DNA from: Cystobasidiomycetes sp. EMM_F5 | Lineage: Eukaryota | Direction of reading: 5' to 3' | DNA: 64,000 nt | Assembly: GCA_051047955.1 (NCBI GenBank) | Contig: JBPGPT010000020.1 | Span: forward strand, 248,001-312,000 | In this document: positions 34,798 to 47,601 of the stretch, piece after piece | How the letters are laid out: each line of letters begins with the position of its first letter | How positions within the stretch are numbered: position 1 is the first letter of the stretch | Notes under the pieces: generated by a model | Seen by the model: the letters and a program-made list of their open reading frames with translations, nothing else | What the model was told of the DNA's origin: nothing | The model's database searches: none | Translations under genes and position numbers: made by a program

Positions 34798-37700
34798 CTA
34801 CACGGTTATGGGTTGTAGCGCCTTTTGAGCAAGGCTCACTCTGAAGTAGGGAAGAAAGAGTGGAAGGACGCATACGTTAGTTTGGCTTGTACGCATGCCC
34901 GAGCCTGCGGTAACCTACTTGTCACCCAGTGACAGAGCAATACCCTGCGTTTTACTGCGGATCCGGATATGTCCTTGCAGGACACCTTCTTGCTTTTCTA
35001 TGCTCAAATTTGCAAGAGCATCCTCGCCTACATGGCATACTTAGCCTTCTGATGTGAGGCATGCAAGTGTACAAAAGCTCACCAAATAAGCTGCGTGCAT
35101 ACATGTTGGCAGACAAGAAGCCGCATTCCCCTTCCAGAGCTGCTTCTGGTGTGAGGCACGACATATTTGTGGCCGACATGATGTGATTGAGGTCTGTTGC
35201 CAATGAGTTTAGCATAGCGCATATGATTGGTGTGCGTGTGTGTTGTGCCTACATATCCGCAAATCATTGATCGTCGTGTTGACGTTGACCTTGTTCTCCC
35301 ACTCAAATTCGGTCCACATGCTTCGGAACTGCAGTATACAGCGTCAGTGGGTGTATACGTACATTAAACCAGGAAATCTCGCTCACCTGTGATTCTGTGC
35401 AGAACGCGGGGTTGATGTAATCCAAAATATCGATATGCACATCGTTAAGGACGACGCAATGAGTATCCGATGTTGCTGGTCCATCGTAGAAGATGTTTCC
35501 AAAGATGACGCCTGTCTCGGTCGACGACACCTTGATCGTCGCCTTGATGCTCTGGAAGCTATGTGGACCGAGCGTATACTGTACTGGCCTCTCGACGAGC
35601 TTCAGATCGCCCAGGGTCGCAAATTCGACAGACAGGTTTTGCAGCGTCTCTGACGTTTGGTTTACGACCAATACATCTAATGACCGACACAGGTCAGGCG
35701 AAGAGTTCTGCTCAAGTCGGAAAACTCATACCTAAGTTGATGTCGAACTGATGCACATTGACGTATGCTTCAGCGTAAACAGGATCCGAGAAGCCTAAAC
35801 ATCGCAGCATTAGCAGCCGGCACGTCCTACTGAGCATAGCGTACTCACCGGTAAGCTGAACAACTCTGCTCAGTTTCGACAGCAGGCTTTCGTCATTGTC
35901 CAGAGATCCAGTAGCTTTCGTCAAAGCGCTCTCGTACTGTACGTTGTGATACATCAGGATCTGCCACATCCTCTCTGGCCAACAATGACGCACCTCATCG
36001 ACCTCACCGCCATTCTTCTTTGCAAACTGTCTGAAGGCGACAGGATCATCCGCTTGTACAAGAGAAGCCTTCGAGTCTTTTGCCCTCTTCTCCTTTGCCT
36101 TCTTTTCTTCGTGTCCGACCATATTACTGTACGCTTTTTGCGTGTCGACCAAGAAGATTTCACGAACTTCAGCCTGTTCTGGAGATTTCGTCTGGAATGA
36201 CGCCAGAGCTTGCAAGCATGTCGAGATGCGTTCTTGAGAGTCTTCGTCGATCGGTACAGTCACAAACTGGGATTGACCAACCCGGATAATGGAAGTCATG
36301 ATGAGCATCGCTTCTGCCCGCAGAGAATTGACAGATTGTGCGTCCCGTGATTGTTCTCCGAATCGCAGGACCAGCTTCGTGAGTGTTGCAGCAAGCACAG
36401 TGGCAGTATAATAATCTCCGCCAAGAATGAGGGCTCGCAGAGGTGGTTTGGTGGCGTTCTTGACGCTGTCGAGCTTGCTGGTCGCATTCGAAGAGTAGAC
36501 TGTCTCAGTAGCGTAAGTGCCATCCGCCAGTACGCGCGTTTTGGTCGTCGGCTTGTTCGAGCTGCCGTTTGGTTGCGACGCAGCTGCGGCAGCTTCTTCA
36601 GCAGCTTGGGCATCAGCTTCGGCCTTGTCTAGCAGTCTCTGCTCCGACGCAAGGATTGGAATTTCTCCCAATACTTTCCGGATCTGTTGCATCGTCTCCT
36701 TCATGTCTGTGTCATTTGCATTGATGAGTCAGATGCAATACTAGATGGACGTCGATGGACTCACCCTTTGTACTGGTACCATACTCTCCGACAATCCAAA
36801 GGGCACCTCTAAAGACTTTACCAGACTTGATTTCCGAAAAGGTGAGCAAGAGGCGTTCTACAATGGACGACCTGAGATCGGGGAAACGTTCTACTACTTC
36901 CCGAACAAAGGCAATCACGTCGACTGCTGCCGTATTGTTTGAGTCGCCTAGGAAGTCCATCAACACGTGCACGACGTTGGATGCGACTTCGCTGAACTTG
37001 ATGGCGCAAGTGTGGATGGACTGAATGAGCAATTGTCGATAGTCGAGGTTCTGTTGTATCAACGACGAGTACTCAGCAGGGTGTCATACGAAACTTTCTC
37101 TTGTAGAGACACACCTTTTCATAGGCAGTATCCAACGTCTTTGTAAGCTCCTTCTTGAAGAACAGGACCAGGTCCTCGACGTTCCTGCCCGTGACCATCT
37201 CCAATGCGATACCGAGGGCCTTCTTCCGGACGTCCATGTCGGGCGTGTCGAGCACCCTCACGATATCCATGACGAGATCATTCAAGACGTGCTCGTGCTT
37301 TGCGCGTAGCGTATCCACGCGATCTAGCACAATGAGCTTGACATTGTTGTCTGATTCCTTGACAATGAGCTCGATGAAAGCAGAAGCTGCTGCTTTTACT
37401 GCTGCAGCCGCTTGAGTGAGTACGGTCAGCGTTGTTGCTGCTTCGTACTTTACGGCGTTGGACGAGCTGTTGAGCAGGCTAAAAATGGATCGGATGTAGC
37501 GGGTCTGTAGGTCATCACGCCAGGTTAGTGCTGCATGCAAAGAATGATGCGAGTTGTGCTGACCTTCGTGGCTCCCTCAGCCTTTACGCCCTCCCTCCGG
37601 ACCAGCTCGATGACGGCCAACTGCGTCAACTCGTCTGCCGACGCGACGTTGTCATACACCTGGTTGACATAGTAATCGTAGGCGCGTTCGGGAGCAGTCG

Positions 37701-38592
37701 ATATGAGCATGACAAACGCATTCCGCTTGCACGTCGCGTCCGACTCTGCAATCAAAAAGGTGTGTATGAGTTCTGGAGCATCTGGGATGAGTGCTTCGTT
37801 TTGCTTGTATATCTGCATGATGGCGAATACTGCATTCTTGCGGACAAACGAGTGACGGTGTTCCTGCAAAATACACGGTCAGCAGTCTACAAGCAGCGAC
37901 ATTGTCGAATGCGTGCTCCCTCACCAAACAGGCACGAGCAGTCGGGACTAGCGGTTCGAGGAGTTCTGGTTCCCTGATCTTTTGCAGGAAGCGCAGCGTG
38001 GATCCACGGATGTATTCGTTGGGGTGTTGCTGCACAAGACACGTCGTTAGAGACTTGATAAGACTGTAGAATTAAACTAGACTGCACCAGGTCATTCCGG
38101 ATGGCATTGCTGGGCGTCACACCGCGTCAGCTCGTCTGTCTGTACATAGCCATACCAACACCCAACACCCACCACACCAATATCATCTCCTGCCTGAGCT
38201 TTCCCGCTGCATCGTGCTTTGGACAGATCTCCCAGTAGAAGGGCAGCAGCTTCTTGATTCGCTTGTCCTTGCTGGGGAGGACAAACTGGATGATGGGCAT
38301 GAGGAGGGTGGGCTGGATGAGCCATTGTCAGTATATCCAATATTGATATTCCCACCACATCAGCCAACAATCTCAGTCACCCAACCCAACTCAATGCCCG
38401 CCCACTCACATACTGCGTCCCGTTCATCGTCGCCGTAATGACCCGCCGGAGCACATCGAGGCGCAGGTCATCGTTGCCCTTCTCGAGGGCTGCCCGCAAG
38501 TCCTGCGCCGATGGGAGCTCGAGGCCTTCGCTGGGCTCCCCAATGTACGTGAAGGCGGGCAGGGTGCTCGTGCTGGGGGCAGAGCTGGTCAT
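34798..38592 (-). CDS. SEC26: Coatomer subunit beta (beta-COP)
   Basis: Motifs [87 protein letters not shown] and [14 protein letters not shown]. Confidence 0.95.
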
Positions 38593-38830
38593 GGTGGGCC
38601 AGATTGGGTGTGGTGTGGTGCTGGCCGGGCGAGCAGGAGGTGGTTGACGCGAAAGACGGACTGATCGCGTGTCGGGCAATGAGGGCAATAGCATCAACTT
38701 GTACTCATCAAACGACAATACACTCCATCATAATCATTAGGATAGTCGCACTCTAGACAGTCGTCTCCGCCTTCCAAGCTCGCAAATTGCTTACATTCTC
38801 GTATTGTTATAGTAGACAGCAAGTAGATAC

Positions 38831-41800
38831 TCACAACCGCCGAACCTCGACCATCCCGTGCTTGAGATTGTCAATCTTGTACTCTTCCACCACATGGTAG
38901 CCTCGAGCGAGTTCGACTACCTTGAGCTTGACCTAGACATACGCGATATACAGATTAGTATCCCCGGCTCATACATCCCCACTCCATGCACACACCTTTT
39001 TCAGATCTCGGACCTCCTCTGCGACAATCGCAATGTGGGGTACTTCAGCAGACCCGATCCTCAAACTCGACCTCCCAAGTCCCCTGTCAAACTTGGCATC
39101 CCACGCAAGCATGATGCAACCAGGTTCGATACGGCCGTGGATCTGCAGATCCGGAGACTGGCCTTTATCCTGTCGAACGAGGTACCGATACACGATACTC
39201 CCAAAGTTGGCAGGGTCAAGACGATATCCGTTCCCGATATCATTGATGGCGGTAGCCAGTGGACCATCGATATCTCGCGCTTTGCTGCGCAGTGCGTTCG
39301 TAGCAAGATAGGCTAGGTAGTCTTTGCTCATCCGGTTACCCTGTGGTGCAGTGCCGGCGACGGGGGAAGTGGGGACAGGTGCCGTAATCAGAGCTGATGC
39401 ACCGGGAGGTAGAGTGGATGACCGTCTACTGTCCGCTGTAGGTGCGGACGGAGAGAGCGGAGGTTGACTGAGCGACGATTGTCGACCATGAGCGGCCAAA
39501 GGCACACCGGAGACTGGTCGCGAGTTCTGGTCATTACCCATAGAAATTGGTGCCGACGTCTCATCAACACTGTCAGAGCGCGTCTGAGTAACGTACGATC
39601 CAGACGTGTCAAGCACAGGAGCAGGTCGGGCAGGAGGTAACGGTGGTGGAGGACCAGTTTCCTCTTCTACATCGTCATCACCTTCTCGCTCGTACTCGAC
39701 CTCTTCGGGCTCTATCAAGGCGGACTCTTCTCCTTCATACACACCGTCATCTTCGGCTTCTTCAACTCCATCTCCATCCGCGTCAAGCTCGTCATTCTCG
39801 TCCACTGCCTCGCTGGACGGTGTAAAGGAAGGAACAGCAGGTGGTGGCGGTGGCCGGCTCGGTCGATTAGTGGGTAGAGCAGGAGGAGGAGGAGAAGATA
39901 CAAACTCTGTATCATCCGCGCCAGGCGTTTCTGCATACTCTTCCGGATCATCTCCATGACCTGCAAGTGCTTCATCTTCAATCTGCTCGTGTCCTTGCTT
40001 GCGCTGTTGCGCTTCATCCTTGGCGATCGCTTCTTCAGGCGTAGGAGCAGCTGGTTTGCCGAACCCAGGCAAAACAAATGCTCCAGGAGGTGGTCTGTTA
40101 CTCTCCCGTCTGACAGGTGAAGGCGGTACAGCTCCTGTTTCCGAAACGGGTTCGACTGCTCTAGAAGGAGCAGGAGCAGGTGGATCTTCAACAGACACGG
40201 GACCCTGCTGCTGTTCTTCAGGCGGAAGTGTCGCTTTCTTCTTCTTCATACCACCAAACATCGGAGGCAACATTCCAATCTTCATTCCTCCCATCGCAGC
40301 CATCCTCTTCGCCAACTTCTGACGTCTGGCTACTTCGGGATCTTCGTGCTCCTCCTCCTCATCCTGATCAGCTTGCTCATTCGATGGCCGACTCTGCGTT
40401 GCAGCTGAAATGTTGGTCTCGGGCGTATCCGTAGTCATTGTTGTATCTCCGCCTTGTTCGTCTGGCATATCGCTCCGCGTAGAAGTCTTTGACATGCTAG
40501 ACAGAGGCGCAACAAGCGAAGCCCCTGCAGATGATTCGCTTCTCAAGCTCGCGACGCTACCCGAGCGTTGCGGTTTAGCCGGTGGCAGTGTAGGCTTTCG
40601 CGAGATGGACGGCGCAGGACTGGCTGGACCAGCAAATGAAGCCGTAGGCGACAAAGGGCTTCGCATTTCCTGGTCGACTGAAGTTGTACTGCCGCCCATC
40701 ACCTCGTGTAGACTGCTCACGCTCCGGCTAGGGGAGGGTGGGAAAGCCGCAGTCTGGTCAAAGCTGCTGCGAGAGAGCGACGACTGATCGAAAGAGCCTC
40801 TAGGCAGACTGCTGTCCATACTGGCCCGGGGTGATGACGTTGCTGACGGAGCACGCACAAAGCCAGTAGGTACTGGAGGTCTACTCATTGATTTCCGATT
40901 TGTCAATCTAGGCGACGAGACTGGAGAATCAATTGGCCTGGTGATACTCTCTCCCGTCTTTGCAGAGCCAGCGACGTCAATATTAGTCAGAGTTGGCTTT
41001 CTTGCAATGAGGGGTGAGCTGGGCGTAGATGAAGCAGAAGAAGATGCCAGAGGAAACGGAACGGGCGGAGGTGACTGCATGGTGGGCTTTGTCGGAGTAT
41101 CTTCCAACGTCTGTCGAGCCAATGCTTCTTCCACTGCAACTTGCCTTTTCTCCATCTCGCCTTCGAGATCGTCTTGTTCATCATCATCATCGCGCTTGTC
41201 TCCCCAATCTTCGCCGTCGTCCGCGGCAGCAGCAGTGGAAGCAGATTGCTTGAACACACGCTCGGACGGCGCCGTCACTGGCTCTCTATACTCATCTCTC
41301 CCCGCAACATCCGCTTCGAGAGCTTCTGCACCCTTTCCGCCGATATTTGCTTTCGATCCTGAGCGCGATCCACGCAGAGTCTCGTCAAGCGAAGGTTCGG
41401 TAGCGGGACTGCCGATTTGACCAAGTGATGGTACATCACTCTTCAAGGAACTCGTGGGATGGTCACCATCAGGTGGGTATCGATTATCTTCCGCTGCATC
41501 TTGGGGTGGCTGCGGGGCAAGCTGTTCCTCTACGCTTATAGATTGAGGGACAGCCGGTACGGCAGCGGATGAGTCTGATGGTGCAGTGGCACCAGGACGG
41601 CCTTTGCGTTGTGGTCCACGTGCACGAGCAGGCATGGATGGGATGGCAATACTTTTTGGCTCTGCGGGCTTGGCTTCCGGCTCGTCCAGTGCTTTTGTTA
41701 GATTGTCGGTCGGTGAGGCAGGTTGCTCGTGGTCAACGGCGGCTGTAGTATGTTCATCTGATGCCTGCTTGACTGGATGAGAGCCTGTATCGGTCTCCAG

Positions 41801-42461
41801 GGAAGCCGTTTCAGAGGGGTTGTCAGGCTCCGCTGAGGGTAAATCTAGCGTCTTCTTCTTCCACGGCTTGGGCGGTCGTCCGGGCGCACCAGGTTGATCT
41901 ACTTTGAGACCAGCTAGGAGAGCAATGCGGTCACGCAGACTGCCAGACGTCTGCTTTGCATCGGCTGCAGAGAAGCCACCACCGGCTCCTACGCCGCTGC
42001 CAGCGTTGACTGTCTCGCTTTCTGGCGGCACTTTCGTTGGCTTTGCGGGGGATAGTGCTGCGACATTCGAGATAGTATTAGCATTATCGGCGCTGCTCGA
42101 TGCGATACCGAAACCGGATCCGGGCGTGGGAGTGGGCGCGGACGGGGGAACTTCGGAGAGATCCACGACTCTGGGTGCAGCATCACTACCTGCCTGGCCA
42201 GCTGCAGCCGTGTCAGCTTCAGCCTCTCCGCTCGTCTTCCATCGGAACGCTTTCGGCTTCTTTGGCGGCGCTGGCGGTCCTGCATTAGCACCTCCTCCTC
42301 CTCCGGCCTTGGACTTTGAATTGAACATTGCCAGTCTGTTAGAGTAGTGTACTATCGTCAGCAGTCACCTTTGTTGATTGTACATGAATGCCGCTCGCTC
42401 ACCGGTCCTTGAACGAGACGGGAGCATCGTCATTGCCGCTGCCCGGTGCAGGATCCGTCAT
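38831..42461 (-). CDS. BBC1: Bbc1/Aim3-like proline-rich actin-patch protein
   Basis: An upstream exon gives MTDPAPG...SFKDR|LAMFN. Also SLRDRIALL, ARRQKLAKRMAAMGG and poly-Pro tracts. C-terminal globular domain IEPGCIM..DAKF..HIAIV..|KLKVVE..YKIDNLKHGMVEVRR. The 3' end is slightly uncertain. Confidence 0.7.
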
Positions 42462-42718
42462 GGCGGGCGGGAGGGCAGCGCGGTAGGGCACCCAGTCTCA
42501 GATGTGCTATCGTGTAAATGGCTGGTCACCGTGTCGTGGATGGGTCGGCTTGGTTTGGGTGAGCTTCAGTGGAGAAGCTGCAAGCAAGTGGACCGAGTTG
42601 TTGGCTCGTTCAATATTCAACAACAACAATCTCTGTGTCCGTTCTCGTCGCTCCAAAATTACTCGCGCTCGTCATACTGATTCTCTTCTAGGATACTATC
42701 GCAGCCCAGCTTCACCTC

Positions 42719-45700
42719 TCACATCACCGAAAAGGTCAGCGCCGTCTCGCGTATCGATATCTTGACGCGACGGTCGTCTAGCCAATCGACCACAAGCCAT
42801 TCGAGCTGTGCAGCGGCAGTCATCATTGCTTCTTCTGGACTCGCAAGCTTGAAATCGAGCGTCTTGTACGGCTCGTTCGATCCGCTGCCGTGCCCTTGCG
42901 GTGGTGGTCCAGCGGGAGTAAGCATTCCAAGCAGGCTCGTCCCAACCTTCCACACCCTGCCATGCGACAATCAGCTCACAGTGTAACGGATGTACACCCG
43001 GCTGCACTAACTTAACGTTAGATTCGTCCAGTGATACAGTGACTAGACGTCGACCATCTGGCGAGTATGATACGGCAGAGGCCCGCTTCTTGTGCGATTC
43101 AAGTATGTAGAGACGCGTTGCAGTCTTGAGATCGTACACAATGCATGCTCCCCTGAAACAGTAGTTCAGCACATCAAGCGCAATACCGAAACACAGACGT
43201 AGTCTCTGCTCACTCGTGAGTTCCTATCGCAAGTCGTTGCGTTTTGTGATGAAATGAGATCGATGGGTATGTCTTGACCAATTCGCTGGTAGCGAAAGAA
43301 AAATAACAAGACCAGGTCAGTATACTCGCCTCCCGGCCGTGGCGAGCTATCTGTCCTATGTACCTCAAGATAAAAGTCGCGGTTTGCTGTAAAGTACCCC
43401 GTAAACCTCCGCGCGGATCCAGAGACTTGACCACTGCTTCGATAAGCCTTGGCAAGCTGCTGAATAATACGACGGGTTTCTGGTGCGTCACGAACGAAGA
43501 GCTCTTTCAATACTAATACTAGCGTCGCCATATAGGACACAGACTTACCTTGCGAACCATAAATGCGATAAGTCGCATTGTTGACGCCCGCTCTTCTGGG
43601 TCGATATCCGGTTGTGCAGCATCAGAGGCCAGCACCGACATGAACAGCGGTGCATTGACCGCAGCAATGCTCAGTATAGCTTGTCTTGACAAATTCCGCA
43701 AACCGTTCGTTGACGAGACGGCTGATTGAGTCTTGCCAGCTCCACTCGAAGTAGCGAGTTTGAAGACGCTTCGTAAAACTCTGACTGCATCGAACCAATG
43801 CTGGAATACTCCAAAACCCCGAATTAGCAATTCAAGAGCTACGCTTTGCCGTAGAACGCTGTCTGTCGATTCGACCGCCCGCGCGACCTGGTCTGCCACG
43901 TCTCGTACCGTCGCAGTGTTCAGGATCTGGGAACGAGCAATGACAACCTCTCCTAGCACCAAAAGCTCTTTAGGGTAGTCTTGCGTTTCTTGCAGCATGC
44001 AAGCTTGACGACTCTCCACCATTTGCAAGATATCATGGTCTGACATTCGACCAATTGTCGTTCCAAATAAAAGCCGTGACGCTTGACGTAGTTCATTCGA
44101 TTCATCTTGCCAATACTCTGCCAGGTAATCAAGTGACAGATCCTTGACATGCTCTCCCGCATCATCGCCGATACTCGTGGCGTAGTATGCAATGACCTCG
44201 TTTGCCGCACGTTCCGTTGCTTCATTGTATCGATCAGTTCGTCAGTACAAGCTATAGCACGCTGTAAGCACGGGCCTACAAGCATCATTCAAGAAAACGC
44301 GCAGCAAAGCGATGATTGAGAGGATGCGCTCGGCGGACACTCGTTTACTAATTGTTAGGGCGTGCCGTGGCATCACGTCTGGAAAGATAGTGAGAGCATT
44401 TGGGCTGGAGGAAGACATTAGGAAGACATCACTAGCAAGTCAATTGATGCTTTGTGGTGCTTACAAAGCGACATATGTTATAGAGTCGGAAGATTGCTCA
44501 AGCTTGAGCATGCTGTTCAGTGCCTCCTGGACATACTGCTCTCGGACCGGCAGTAAAAGCCGACTCAAGAGCCAGCTCGCTATATCGGTGGTATTGGCAT
44601 GGAAATTCGCCGCTTTTGTGATCGCCAGGGTGGCTTCCTCGACTATGCTACGAAGATCAAGTCGGGCAGAGACAGCCGTTCTGTGTGATGTAATGTGTCT
44701 TGATAATTATTAGCAAGCATCGTAAGAAGTGAAGAACGTTCATACTCACAATGCTTCCCAACCATCCATGTTTGCCAATATATCTCGAGCAGAAGAGTAC
44801 GATAACGTCTTCTGCAAGTTCCCGCTACCCGTATCGTAAAGGCGGCATGAATCGTCCCGATATATCAGCATGAGCTGTGTCGTCCGATAATACAGGGTTT
44901 CAAGCGGGTAATGACTCTCGGGTATGATGTTTGGACTGCATTTGAGGCAACATTAACTCATTCACAGTGAAGTGCGACTAAGCTCACTAATTAGCCAGAT
45001 CATCGCTTTTGAGCATTGCTAGGGCTCCATTGGCAGATTTGGAAATAACGCAATCATCGCACTCCACGAAGCCCACGATAGGCGTTGTCAGTACGTCGGA
45101 TCTCGCTAACAGTTGAAATGGCCTATGAATGACCAAGTATCAGCATGAGCCTACGAAAGGTGTGCAAGGCGCGTACTCTGTGTCCCAGATCGAAAGCGCG
45201 CCCGTCGCATCTCCTGCAAGAATATATGTGTTGTCTCCGCTCGACATGGTGAGCATAGCAGTAACCGGACCTCGCATAATAACCGGCGATTGCCTGCTTC
45301 CGCATCTTGCGTAAGGTAGCGGATGAATGGCAATGTCTCCGGTATCTGAGCATGACATCAGTATGGTAGAAATCCACAATCACCATTGCTTACTGTATCC
45401 GACTGCCATGATGCCAGGTGATATCATAACCGAGACTGTCGGTTGTGGACGTACCACGGTTCCGCTGCGTCTGGGAATTTGAGATCTGTATGCGACGCGG
45501 ATGTCGGACGTCGCATCGGCAGCATCCGACATCGTAGGAGCCAGACAAATATTCCTAGATCCGTTACTGTCCTGAGTCACGAGGACGATTAAGTCTTGTA
45601 CAGATGTCAAAGAAGACAAGGTCGTTGTGATCTCGATGCGCTCTGATAAGGCAAAATCGAGCAGAACTGTGTCCGATGACCCAGCATCCATACTAGCGAA

Positions 45701-47507
45701 GCGGATCATGCTCTGCAGAAGATCGACCTATCAAATGTGTACAAGTATCAAAATAAACGTTGGCGCACATCGGATATAATAGCAAGCCGGCGTCCAGGCA
45801 GCACCGCAACTGCTCGAACAATCGCCAGCGAAGTGATCGCCTGAGTTATCCGTGGTAAATTCGTCTTGAGCGAACAAACAAGTGCTTTCTGCTCTGTAGT
45901 CACAATGATGTCGTCTCCGGCCATTTGCACCTCCAGAGGTTTCTGGCCATCAAGGTCAATGATGCCAATGTCATCACCTTCAGGTGCCGGCCTCTGCTCT
46001 GCATCCTTGTGCGCCTCAAAATCTGGTATCCGAGAACGAAGAACGTGATTGTCCGAACGGAGCTCCAGCAAATCCAGGTCACCTGCAAGAACTTATGTAA
46101 GATAAGTTGCCTCTGTATGTTATCACTATCTGACCACTATGTTCATGTATGCAGACTAGACTGCTCTGCCCGAAGCGTAAAGGAGCAGAAATCTGCAAGT
46201 CAACGCATTAGCCCAGTCATGCGACCGAGAGAGCGGCTAACCTTGAGGTGTTCGATGTCTATGCCCACTGCTAAACCTTGCTCTTGCGCAATAGCAAACA
46301 GCATTGGCGTAGCCCGCTCCGTAAGCAGTGTGGAGCGGTTGAAGTGCGGACTTCTGCCCGATACTGCCGAAATCGGTGCCAAGTTGACCTCAGCCAGGGG
46401 TGCTCCGTCGTAGCAGCTGACTTTCAACAATTTGCCGTTCTGGCTGAGCAGGACTGCAGTGTTGCCATGACTTGACGCAGGCGGCAAGTGCACACTTGTC
46501 ATTGGTGAATGACCAGTATCAGGTATCACATGCACCACAGGCTGAAATTTCAACTGCTTGTAATCGAACGAAGGGCCAGATGGCAATCGCTCCACAGACA
46601 CGGATGGCCGCATTCGCGTTCCGGGTGACCACAAAGACGTAGTCGGCGAGAGAGGAGGTGTAGCCGTGGGAACTTCGATACTGTCTAGCCCAGATGCCGT
46701 GGAATCGCTGACTGACACTGTAGCTAGCGACTTGAGCGGGGATGTGCCCATAGCAAGCGAAATGCTACCGCTATGACTATTCCTGCCGTGTCGAGTATAT
46801 CTGGAGGCGGAGGAACCAGCGACTGATCCAGATGGCTTGCGATAACCCAAGGCAGAGCTTGGAGCTTGCAACTCTCGGTGAGCGATGCCATTGTACCGTG
46901 GGACTGTGCTGTCGGACTGCACTCTAGATATCGTAGGTCTCGACTGATGTAGCAGGCTCGCAGCAGGCGTATGAGGCTTAGACGTCGGAGTATGTAAACG
47001 GGTTGCAGACGGGGAAGCTTTGGGCCCTCCCGCAGTACTTGCGGGCGTACTCGGGGACAGCGTTGTCGTTGTCGTCTGCATGACGCTGCAGAATATCCAC
47101 GCCGTCCCATCTTCGCACCCAGCGATGAGCCAAAGGCATTCGAGCTTGTCTTCCGTCAGTCCATGAGCCGTATCGAGGCATGTAACTCGAGCAGACGTCC
47201 ACCGCGTCCAGCTCGGCTGCGACTCCAAGTCAGGCTCATTTAGGTCAGGAAACAGGCTGGGCGAATCCAGCAAAGCGGGGCCACGCTGCAGCTCAGCATT
47301 GGAGTCCTCATCTTGCTTGTCGCCATCTTCAATATCTGCAGCAGTCTCCGAATTGTACGCCTTGTCGTTCTCGTAGCCGCTGTCGCTCTCGCTGTCCAGC
47401 TCGTCAAATATCGCATCAAGGGTCAGCGGGGCATGGCTGAGTTCTGCCTGCGACGGTGACAGTAATGGCAGCGGTACACTGGCAAATATGGGAGCACAGG
47501 TTGACAT
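42719..47507 (-). CDS. WDR7: WDR7/rabconnectin-3 beta-like WD40 protein (multi-exon)
   Basis: WD-type motifs IAGCEDG and LAGDATGALSIWD. C-terminal LPRLIEAVVKSLDP, YPSISFHHKTQRLAIGTH, VYDLKTATRLYILESH and SYSPDGRRLVTVS. Confidence 0.75.
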
Positions 47508-47601
47508 GAATTGGGCAAGGTCTATGCTACGCTATTGCATCATTGGGCATAACGGATACAGACTCTACTTCGAACGAGAGGCGCCGTTTTTCTGGCAGTG
47601 A

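Noticed and set aside
39388..42347. Many antisense and alternative-frame ORFs over low-complexity exons (also at 27036, 30505 and 31898)
   Set aside because: Shadow ORFs caused by codon bias of the real coding strand.
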